64,000 nucleotides of DNA from the NCBI GenBank assembly GCA_030141605.1, contig JAQGDQ010000007.1:1289173-1353172 (forward strand), given 5' to 3'. The position numbers and the translations under genes are program-made. This document shows, piece after piece, positions 45,501 to 60,846 of this stretch. Below the pieces are notes generated by a model. That model was not told the DNA's origin. It worked only from the letters and a program-made list of their open reading frames with translations, and did not search any database. The stretch comes from Tubiluchus corallicola. Its lineage: Eukaryota; Animalia; Priapulida. Numbering within the stretch: position 1 is the first letter of the stretch; each line of letters opens with the position of its first letter.

Positions 45501-48500
45501 GGCAAAATGAAATCACAACAAACCACAAGCTCAATTCAATGAAAAATTTTACTTTTTACTCCAAATCTTCTAATAAAAGTAATGAGTGCTTGATTGCCTA
45601 GTAGAAACTGGTGTGTTAACTTCAGCAGCCATCACATCTAAAATGTAGAAAGTGGCATATAACATCATATGAATATAATATGTTTTTATGTCATAAGAAC
45701 ACTATAACTATAAACCAGCTTACTTTGAAAACTTCATTCATTACTATCACTATTTCAGGATATTGCACAGAGTTATGGATCAAAAGAAAATCTGAGTGTG
45801 ATGGTAATTCGACTCAATCTCAGTTTGTCTGTAACTCAGCGCCTTGTGCGCAAATATCACCAGAGAGGCTGTCATCTCAGTTATTCCACAGTTAATGGAT
45901 CAAGATCAAGTTGTAATAGGTAAATGATGTCTTTACCACAGATGTATGGCAGATTTCAAGTTAAGAACATTCACTGTAATAGTTTACCAATGTGTTCTCA
46001 CGAAAGTTATGCTAGAATAATTGCAGTACTTGTACTTAACTGGATAACCAGTTAATTATAGTTCTTAAATATTAGAAAAATTGAAAAAGACTTTAAATTT
46101 CGCAAACTAGTAGTATGTATATAATATATATATATATATATGTTAATGAATGATGATTGATTGCTCCTGTTTTTACAATATATCACTAATTTCTTTCAGC
46201 ATAGTCTCAGTGAAGTCTAATGTTTCTCATGGGCATCACGGACATAACCAACGAAGATCCGATCAATCTCCTCGAACTAGGTGTGGAAGCGATCACGTTG
46301 TACATAGGCCTCCATCTCGTATGAATGGTTATGGAGGCCATGGCTTTACAGAAAGTGAACCCAGAATACCTACCAAGGTAACATGTACTGCTTATTGAAG
46401 GAAAGGACAAATCACCTAGCATGTTGGTTTTTTTTACTGGTATCAGTGAAACTTAGAAATATCCAATGAAATTTCCAAAAAAGTTTTAATGAAATACAAA
46501 ATTAATTTATACTGCCACAGTAATGATATTTTTGGGTGCAGTGGTAGCTGCCATTCAGTTGAAATTTTCTTACTTTTGACGGAAATTGATGATGCGCTGC
46601 TTTTCTTCAGATGATGAATGACGTGATTAGTGGAAGAAGGGGCGTTCAAAATGAAAGTGCCAACGCTTGAAACGATCGCGACTTTAAAGAGATTTTACTC
46701 TGTAACTCTGTTACACATGAAGCTTATCGTACTTTTATTACTACATCCTTCTAACATTTTTCGTGAAAGTTGAAATAAGGTTAACTTCCCAGGAAGCTTG
46801 ACCATTCCTTTAAAAATAAGTTTCCAGTCTTGGTATTTGACTATTAAGTCAGTCACTGTTTGTTTATGTCATATAACAGATCTGAATTACTTTCCTGTCT
46901 TCAGGAATATGGATAATGTTTTCAGACAAAAGTATATGGTAGTGTTAATTTAGGATAAATTTCATTGCCATCATCGTGCAGTCATCATTATTTTTTGCAA
47001 ATGAGATTATATCTGTTTCACCAGAACTTAATATTTTATCTTAGGCATTCTATGAATCTGAAGAGATGAGGATCAAATCAAATGATGACTTTGCTGAAAA
47101 TGGAATTTCATATCGGCGTATTTGCCATGATACTGTGGACGACGAAATTGCTGTAATACCAAGTCAATTGTCTTCACATTCGCTCACAAGAAAAAGTCAA
47201 AAGTTGAAAAATCAAGAAGGTATAAGATGTGTACGGAATAGAATTCTCATCACATGACAGAATTATGAAATTATCGATTGCCTAATTCAAGCTTCCTGGC
47301 ACCCTAAGGAATGATCTATGTTTTGATTTTAGTGTTCCTCTAAAATTCCTCTATGTTCCCCTGCAAGAATTTACTGAATTAGCATGTTATGTAATCCTTA
47401 GATGGACTTAGAAAACATAGCCAGGATATATATTTTTGGTACTTCAGTAGGCACCGCTTAATAGACTCACTTTGGGACCGAAGTGTTTTGACCCAATTAA
47501 CGTACTGAACATATTAACCGATGTGTGTAGTATTACAGGTATAGAAGTATGAGTCATCTGCTTACTATGCACTGCAAAGGTTTTTAATGAATTTAGAAAT
47601 GAAATAATGCCTAAATTCCTTTGTGCAGTTAAAAATTAGAAAAAATATTTTTAAAATATTAATTTTTATAAGTGAATTAGCAATATATTAAAAAGTAATC
47701 TTTTTGAAATCACACAAGTCTGCTCATTTGCAAAAATTACAAAAATTCCTTCAAAGTCGGCTACTTCATTTTCTCGCGAAGAAGTTGGCCCACAAAGTTC
47801 TTGTAATTATAAAAACGTTGACAATTTGTTGTTGTGTGTGACTAAAACAGTTCTGAATCGTCTACTCACTTACATTGCCCATATTTGCTGCACGACGTTT
47901 ACGTAAGTCACAAGGAATATCAGCTGATTACTGCACCTGCATCTTTGACTGTTAACTCATTAAGCCTGAAAGCGTGATTTGCAACGAGAGCATCAAAAGG
48001 AAAACGCTGGGCAAGTGCATAAATGTTTAGCTTCCAGAAATTCGAGGTTAGCGTAGCGTAATAGTGCATGATAATCGTACCTGCTTATAAACAAAACGGT
48101 ACTTAACATGATTGTTTCTGCATACATAGTGCACAAAACGGAAGTAACGGTGGCATAAAAGTAGGAAAGGCTCTTTTGGCACCTACAAATATCTTATTTT
48201 AAGTAGGTGAAGGAAAAATATTGAATCAATTATACGAACTTATTTGAGTCAGTTACCGATAGTTTTTACGTATATTTGAATTGAAGCGCCCGTTCCAACC
48301 GTTTTTGAGTCAATTAAGTGATTGACTCTATTAACCGTGAGTCTATTAAGCGGCGCCTACTGTATAAAAATTTATTGCAAAGTACTTGTAACGCCATCTA
48401 CTGATCAAAGGCTCAAAGCTGATAATGCTTACTTATAAATTGGCTGCTCAGCTAAGTCAATAGTCACTGTATGCCCTAAATGTGTTGTAATAATCTAATA

Positions 48501-48859
48501 TTATAGTAATCCTAGAATCAGTGGCAATGTTAATCAAACTTACAGTAGAACTTGTTTTATTAATAGGTATGCTTTCAGCTAGTCAGACTGAATCACAGAG
48601 AGATGAGCAACTGTCTGAATCACACAGCAGCAACACCACAATTGGCAAATACAATTCTTGGGACTTTCTTCCAGAAGATCAGCAGAACAGCTCAAAGCAG
48701 ATGCTGGCACGACCTATCACACCTGCAGAGAAACAAGCTTTGATGCGTAACACAAAGATCTCTAATTCAAACCAGCTGCTCAATGGAGAGTATGAAAATG
48801 AATCAGTGCATCCAAAATCTGTCGTCACAACTGTAAGCTTTACTGACACAAGATTGTAG
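3395..48859 (+). CDS. PHLPP: PH domain and leucine-rich repeat protein phosphatase (PHLPP1/2-like), 5'-partial, 21 coding exons, about 1156 aa in window
   Basis: join(3395..3529,8738..8919,9484..9637,11713..11881,35782..35920,36563..36643,36746..36965,37785..37845,38229..38324,40584..40742,41493..41690,41801..41963,42125..42255,42408..42536,42725..42916,43921..44152,44931..45155,45759..45919,46200..46377,47045..47219,48567..48859). All introns are GT-AG with matching phases and no internal stop. Domain order PH, LRR array, PP2C-like (RNKLC, FGMFDG, LANVG, TRLLGCSYLYP, AAKKLQDIAQSYGS), C-terminal DTRL. Colinear with vertebrate PHLPP2 as I recall it. The low-complexity exons after 45919 are less certain. 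Confidence 0.93.
6475..6499. repeat. (TA)12 microsatellite
   Basis: Direct reading. Confidence 0.9.
8738..8919 (+). CDS. PHLPP: PHLPP exon (PH domain C-half)
   Basis: ctcag|GA..AAG|gtaatt; LAKGKVEEMKFKNHERCL..FLSFGSDAEISKWLRK. Confidence 0.9.
9484..9637 (+). CDS. PHLPP: PHLPP exon (first LRRs)
   Basis: ttcag|GCA..ATTG|gtaggt; ADLSNNHLEYIPENLF..LSQLNLRHNAL. Confidence 0.9.
11099..11477. mobile_element. Degenerate Tc1/mariner-type MITE
   Basis: Right end TCATTTCCAGACACCCTG|TA is an imperfect reverse complement of left end TA|TAAGGAGTGTCGGGAAATGA; no coding capacity. Confidence 0.5.
11713..11881 (+). CDS. PHLPP: PHLPP exon (LRR)
   Basis: tacag|GA..AA|gtaagt; LHTLNLSDNDIFIFP..LQELNVSSNKIEELP. 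Confidence 0.92.
20572..20592 (+). repeat. Poly-G tract (G4TG16)
   Basis: Direct reading; followed by about 190 nt of purine-rich sequence. Confidence 0.9.
23341..23545 (+). mobile_element. Tc1-family transposase C-terminal relic
   Basis: Translates ARNFLKNETAKVY*HGTSSDLSPVENLWLIVKLRLR and, after frameshifts, VIIQLW..VNSMPKR. Matches the Tc1 motifs WPxNSPDLNPIENLW and SMPxR. Confidence 0.75.
33031..33250 (+). mobile_element. Tc1-family DD34E transposase relic
   Basis: IIFLYDGA(frameshift)CHRSNAAENFLTRTKIPVFDWPGNNPDLNPSE; D-to-E spacing about 34. Confidence 0.8.
35782..35920 (+). CDS. PHLPP: PHLPP exon (LRR)
   Basis: ttccag|T..CAG|gtatgt; LRALHLHNNHLSSLPSEL..LILAFNRFSVLP. Confidence 0.92.
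36563..36643 (+). CDS. PHLPP: PHLPP exon (LRR), absent from ORF track
   Basis: tttcag|CTC..AAG|gtgcgt; LDNIVMTGNYVERLPGDTVSGLKHVQK. Confidence 0.88.
36746..36965 (+). CDS. PHLPP: PHLPP exon (LRR)
   Basis: tgcag|ATG..A|gtaagt; MDFRLNCL..LTHLDVSHNRITNLD..LEYLNCEHNKL. Confidence 0.92.
37785..37845 (+). CDS. PHLPP: PHLPP exon (LRR, 61 nt)
   Basis: tttcag|GT..CA|gtaagt; LQSVYMTPLPENLRILDLS. Confidence 0.88.
38229..38324 (+). CDS. PHLPP: PHLPP exon (LRR)
   Basis: tttag|C..AG|gtttgt; NELNKLPEWICDLWRLEKLLARHNRLSILPN. Confidence 0.9.
38457..39280 (+). mobile_element. pogo/Tigger-type MITE, older copy with decayed right end
   Basis: TA|CAGTAGGCGCATCTTGATAGACTCACTTTG start; colinear similarity by eye with 47445-48362 (e.g. 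ttatagaaatatgagtcatc, aatgtttaacttccagaaat, gtacctgcttacaaacaaa, atttgaat). Confidence 0.8.
39360..40568 (+). mobile_element. 5'-truncated CR1/L2-group LINE (RT C-terminus + 3'UTR + GAATT tail)
   Basis: HTWFKANKLSLNIEKSKFIVF, KFLGIIIDEHLTW, LYNSLF..IWGSTY, HNYGTR, FSIKYNGPCIWNSI; AATAAA at 40543 then (GAATT)n. Confidence 0.85.
40584..40742 (+). CDS. PHLPP: PHLPP exon (LRR)
   Basis: tgtag|A..AA|gtatga; LKLLMVDHNQLTVLP..IETLHIEYNRIAHLP. Confidence 0.9.
40863..41401. mobile_element. piggyBac-type MITE (539 bp)
   Basis: TTAA|CCCTTTCACTA ... TAGTGAAAGGG|TTAA: perfect 11-bp TIR, CCC/GGG ends and TTAA TSD. Confidence 0.85.
41493..41690 (+). CDS. PHLPP: PHLPP exon (LRR)
   Basis: tgcag|G..GA|gtaagt; LRILNATNNRLTHFP..LKILHMAYNDL. 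Confidence 0.92.
41801..41963 (+). CDS. PHLPP: PHLPP exon (LRR)
   Basis: ttcag|A..AAG|gtaaac; LEELNVSGNKLQYLP..LRAHSNILRSLP. Confidence 0.92.
42125..42255 (+). CDS. PHLPP: PHLPP exon (last LRRs), absent from ORF track
   Basis: tgcag|GTG..AG|gtaggc; VLDVGCNQL..LKHLDVSCN. Confidence 0.9.
42408..42536 (+). CDS. PHLPP: PHLPP exon (LRR/PP2C junction), absent from ORF track
   Basis: tttag|C..AA|gtgagt; PPWSVGFSETSGSRNK. Confidence 0.88.
42725..42916 (+). CDS. PHLPP: PHLPP exon (PP2C-like)
   Basis: tgtag|A..AG|gtgagt; LCITQV..ALFGMFDGGRNNEAP..MLTAHR. Confidence 0.92.
43551..43629. mobile_element. Possible tiny Tigger-like MITE remnant
   Basis: CAGTTGACCTCGGCTATAACGAG ... CTCGTTATTAACGGTTTATACTG|TA; imperfect TIRs. 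Confidence 0.35.
43921..44152 (+). CDS. PHLPP: PHLPP exon (PP2C-like)
   Basis: tgtag|A..GAA|gtaagt; KLKASGQRLGAATVLC..LANVG..GIITE. Confidence 0.92.
44931..45155 (+). CDS. PHLPP: PHLPP exon (PP2C-like)
   Basis: tttag|GAT..CAG|gtagga; DNKVNGNTEATRLLGCSYLYP..LAAKKLQ. Confidence 0.92.
45759..45919 (+). CDS. PHLPP: PHLPP exon (PP2C-like end)
   Basis: ttcag|GAT..AG|gtaaat; DIAQSYGSKENLSVMVIRLN (the ORF track shows a different frame). Confidence 0.88.
46200..46377 (+). CDS. PHLPP: PHLPP exon (low-complexity tail)
   Basis: ttcag|C..AAG|gtaaca; phase 2 to 0 fits its neighbours; His/Gly/Arg/Ser-rich. Confidence 0.75.
47045..47219 (+). CDS. PHLPP: PHLPP exon (tail)
   Basis: cttag|GCA..GAAG|gtataa; phase 0 to 1 links to the terminal exon. 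Confidence 0.7.
47445..48362 (+). mobile_element. pogo/Tigger-type MITE (918 bp) in the last PHLPP coding intron
   Basis: 26-bp TIRs with 1 mismatch: CAGTAGGCACCGCTTAATAGACTCAC / GTGAGTCTATTAAGCGGCGCCTACTG. TA on the right flank, TT on the left. No ORF. Confidence 0.88.
48567..48859 (+). CDS. PHLPP: PHLPP terminal coding exon with PDZ-binding C-terminus
   Basis: aatag|GT..; ends SFTDTRL-TAG (class I PDZ ligand; vertebrate PHLPPs end DTPL/DTAL). Confidence 0.82.
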
Positions 48860-49945
48860 TAACACGAATATGTGTTTGATCATTTGATCAAAAGACTCGA
48901 ATAGGAAATGAATTTAGAGTACAGATATATGTTAGAACACATTCATCTGTTCTGATATGCATATAAAGTTGTCTTGTTTTATATGTATGAAAAGTAATGT
49001 TGTAGAACATCTTTTTTGGGATGTATTGGAGTTTGAGGTATATGAAGGCTACTAAAAATAAGGTGATTATATTATTATACTGTTGTGTTTTACTCTTCTG
49101 AATCTGAAGTTTCTCAAGTTTGTTATCAATTAATTGTAAGAATCTATAATCTATAACTATAATTGCTGTTCAGGATGATTTAGTGTGCTCATCGAGTTTG
49201 TCTATAGATTATGCTGTAATAGAAATAGTTGATTTTTGAATGTTTTTCTTACCACTGTACGAAGTAAAAATTGTATTATATTTTTCTAGACATTATCTTT
49301 CTATAATTCTTAATTGTGCATATATGTGTACATTCTTACCATGGGCTGAACATAGGTATTTTGGTGATGAGAACTTCAAGTTTTATAAGTATGTATATTA
49401 CTTATTTCTGTAGAATATTTGCAACTGTAAATATTACATGGTAATGATGTTTCTTGAAGTTTTTCTTTGGTCATATTAAAATATAATAGTGAAATATATG
49501 ATGATTGTATAATTTTAAGTAATTATTCCAATGCAAAATAATGATAGTATGACATCTTCTTGTTTACATACTTATATGCACAGCCTTTGTAGCTGCTGTG
49601 AGTTAGTTGTATATTATGCTGCTGGAGAACTTGATAGCTTTGGCTGTGAAAGAAATTTAGAGGAATATTTAATTGTGTGTTTTGTGAGAACAATTTCTTA
49701 TTAATTTTTTACTGTTTTATTATTTCAGTGGTTTGTTTATTTGTTTTGTATTGCTACTTTTCGTCAGTTTTGTAAGTTTTTTGTTGGTGAAGGCAATTTA
49801 TGTTGTATATAATGATATTATAAGTTTTATACATAGTTTTGTAATAATTATTTTTATAAAATGTGAAGTCATAAATTCTGGTGATGGTATTAGGAATTAT
49901 TATAGTAGGTAAAGATGTGATAATTGAAGCAATTATATTATTTTT

Positions 49946-49951
49946 AATAAA
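49946..49951 (+). terminator. Probable PHLPP poly(A) signal (about 1.1 kb T-rich 3'UTR)
   Basis: AATAAA at the end of the T-rich tract after the stop, with GT-rich sequence downstream. Confidence 0.5.
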
Positions 49952-50163
49952 GTTTAACTATCCAGAAGTGGTTTATCAATCTGTTTGTGGAAATACTTAT
50001 TTGCTATTACATATTAAATATTACATAATTATAATATAATTTTAACTTAACTAATTTTAACTTACAATAATCTCCTACGCAGTTTGCAAAAAAAATCGGC
50101 AAAATAGTTTTGAAACAGTTATCTACCTTTACATCAAAATGTTTTTTAAAACAATGTGACATC

Positions 50164-50211
50164 TTACAAAAATGATGCTTGTGTTATATAGCATAAGCAT
50201 CATTTTTGTAA
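50164..50211. repeat. 48-bp near-perfect palindrome between PHLPP and PSMA7
   Basis: TTACAAAAATGATGCTTGTGTTAT|ATAGCATAAGCATCATTTTTGTAA; 22/24 Watson-Crick pairs. Confidence 0.9.
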
Positions 50212-50708
50212 TAATTATGTCAAATTTTGATAACACAAATAAGCACTTCCTGGCTAAACCAAAATCACTCGTCTTGTTTAACATTGGCTTGTTTATGGGA
50301 ATAAAAAGGAGTGAACTTTTACAGCATTTTAGCGAGAACTAGCTTTACATGGTTTTAGCTGCTTTTTCTGGTTAGATACGTAAATACATACAAGCCCAGA
50401 AACGTCATGCCAGATGATATCATTAAGCTTACTGCCTCAAATTAGTGTCTGGTATCCATGCATGTATAATATATGTACAGTTTAATTTTAATGCTTTAAT
50501 GTTTCACAGTGTTTTGAACTGATGGGTTTCAGTGTTTTATCTCAATAAAATCTACTGTGCCCGTCAGAGGCGTGATGAAGATTATTTTCTCATTTCTCTG
50601 GTGTCCGACAGGACCGACACTGTCGTTCAACGTTTCCGTGGTGTGAATAGAAATAAAACGAAGCTGAATAAAATAAACTGATATCCCATGTTGGCAGACG
50701 CTGGTTAA

Positions 50709-57756
<7,048 letters not shown>

Positions 57757-60624
57757 TGTTTAATATGAATAAGTTTGTCTATTTATCTGTAATTGTTTGC
57801 TTGTCCTTGTTTTATAAATTTGAAAACTCTTGGCAGTCATTCAGATGCCAATTACAAAAAACTCTATTATCTGTTGGATTTTTTCCTGGGCCTCATGAAA
57901 AATAACTTAGCAATTGGTGAAAAATGGCTAAACTTCAATTTAACTCTGAAATTACAGCCTTTACAAACATTATTATTATCACTAACTGTACAAGAGTCAC
58001 ATTTTCTTGTAAAAAATGCAAAATAGCTGAAAAAACTGGATTATCTTTTATATTTTATCACTGCAACTTTATGATGTTCTAAAAATGATGAAATAGTGGT
58101 TACATTACACTACACAACTGTCTGAACTTTTCTTCATTGCACGACAGTATAATCATTTTCAAAAATGAAAAAATCAGTTTATAAACTAGCATTGTTTCAC
58201 TTTTTCCTAATTCTGAGTCTCTGACCTTTTAATATTCTAAATCTGTTCATTCTACAAACAAGTATCACTTCTCTAACAAAAGAACGAGCACTTGTAGCCT
58301 GCTAATTGAATCAGTATTAACAATTATATAATCAAGTGATCATTAAAAACATCCAAAGAGTTTATGATCCTTACGTTTATTCTTCCGAATTATTATATTT
58401 TTATACAATTCTAGCAGCACAGTGCTCTACTACAGTCACTACCATAAGTTCAAAACCACCAGTCTACAGCGTTTGTGATCTTTGCGAACTATTGCATCAT
58501 CTGTTGTTATATAATATAACAGATAATAGCTCCTGTTGTTATATTAGTTATTCTCCTCACACGATTTGACTTTGTTACAATTGTCACTATCTTTTAAATA
58601 ATACGATATCTTGTGATTTTTTCTAACATTAGTGCACAATTTGAAAATGTTCAAAATATCACTATCAACACACAAAGGGTCTAAAATATATTGTAAAAAA
58701 GAGGAATGTTATCATTCTCTAAAAGTGAAATTTGGTGCAAAGTTAGACTTTAGGTTCTTGGCATGTTTGTAACAAAGGATTTTTCACCCAGTTTTTGATG
58801 TGCACAAACTTCACACAGAATGGTAGCTTTTGAAATCATAGCAAAAAATGCTTAGTGAGCCAAAATTGTGTAGCCGATGTCGTGACACAATAACCATAGA
58901 CTAGTTAGTCATTCAACAGTGGCTAATGTAATACTTCGCAGAGATTCAAAATGTGATATTCAGGCAGGGTAGTATGCCTGATGGTGGTGACCCCATTTCA
59001 AGAGGATGTCATGTACTGTGGTCCTGATTATACAGTAAGATGGACATTAAGTTATATACAATTAAAACAGTATTAGAAATAATTTAAATCACGGTTTTTA
59101 CAATTAACGATAACTATTACTTCTCTCAAAAATAGTAGCTATGTAACACAACAAAATGATACATAGAAAAATTAGATCCTCTGGAATGGCCTACAGAGTT
59201 TAAATTTGTCAACGTTATTTTGCACTCATCAGTATTTAAAAATATGAGAAATTTAACATGATCCACTAATAATAATAGTTACAAGAAGGAAAACAGCACT
59301 AAAATTAGCTTTACAAATTTATCACAGTAATATTTTTTAATGTGGAACAAAGTGCATTTAACTTGCCTTTTTAATCTACACTTAGTACAGTTTGCCCTAA
59401 AAACAAAAGGTTTGATTATGGTGCACCAAACATCAATAAATGAAAATTTGCCTATTTCAAGGTGTCATTTAATTTAGTGTTATAAATTGAGACACTAAAC
59501 TGTGTGAAACTATCAGTCAGTACCGTTACCGTAAAATTTTGTGACTAGTTGTACCACAGGTGATTGGTACAAAAAACTGCACATCAATGTACTGAAGTTA
59601 CCCTAGCTTCCTAGACAACCATTTCACAATTATTAAAATTAAGTAGGCTAACTCAAGCTCTGTCACTTATAAATATGGTAATGACGCCAACTTGGCATAA
59701 TTAAGACATGGCATTACAAACATTACAAATACAGTTAAACTCATTAGCCAAAGCTAATATGAACTGATAATACACAGCATAATCATGAATAATTATATGC
59801 TAACAAATAAAAAAATACTGAAGTAAAATGTGCGCATATTTATACCAAAATTGTACCATATATTAACAGTAAAACCATTTAAAGTGAGCTATTATGTAAA
59901 ACTACATAAAGCAATCAAGTGTGACGAATTACAGTTTGTAATACCTTCATAAATCTTACAAGCAGACATTTGAACTTTGTAATGACACAAAATATAAGCA
60001 TACATGCAAGAAAATATTAGCATACTGTATATTGTAAACAAATATATTAATACAAAATCGGAATAATGAATTAACTAATTAAACATAAACAAGCTGGTAT
60101 TGAAAACAAAACAACAAGCAATCATGACATGCGTAGCTAATCTAAAAAGCTCCTGATTTTTGCAAACCAAAAATTTAATAAGTGAACACTGTTAGATTAG
60201 ATATAACCTGCTGAGGTAGCACCATCTCACCGGTTTTTTCAAAAACATTTAAAAATTATCAAGAGATCATAGGGAATCAAGTTTTTAATTGATATGATGT
60301 TAGAAGAAAAAACTGTCTTGCCTATATAGTAAAATAAGGACAAAAATATGACTAGGCTACAATTGGTATTATCTTCTTATTATCCAACAAATGTATTTTA
60401 TACAGTGATAAACTATTTTTCTATGGATCCAAGAAAATGTCATAATTAATCAAATGCAAGATCTACACAACATATATCATGAATGCAATTAAACAATTTT
60501 TCAAATTAGAGAGTAAATCTTACTATTTTACTATAAATGTATGAAAATTAATAATAAAAAGATTACCTGCAAAACTAAACATTATGAACAGTGCATTTCA
60601 GATCAATAAAATTTCATAACACTA

Positions 60625-60846
60625 CTACAATTTTTCATTTTCATCTTTTCTGTCTTTTAGCTGTGCATTGTTAAGTATATAATAAAGCCCTTGTGTTGCA
60701 AGTAAATCAGCATGTTGGCCCTCCTCCGCTACCTTTCCATGATTTATAACTGCTATTTTATCAGAGTGATAAATCGTTGAAAGCCGGTGTGCAATGGTGA
60801 CAGATGTACGTCCCTTTTGTGCATTATCGAGAGCATCTTGCACCAC
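60625..60846 (-). CDS. ABCB1: ABCB1-like terminal coding exon
   Basis: tttag|GTG..; [41 protein letters not shown]. Confidence 0.93.
   Translation of the reverse strand: MVQDALDNAQKGRTSVTIAHRLSTIYHSDKIAVINHGKVAEEGQHADLLATQGLYYILNNAQLKDRKDENEKL

Noticed and set aside
48521-48859. ORF-track 112-aa protein with an apparent signal peptide
   Set aside because: The hydrophobic N-terminus is intronic sequence upstream of the 48567 acceptor. The rest is the PHLPP terminal exon.
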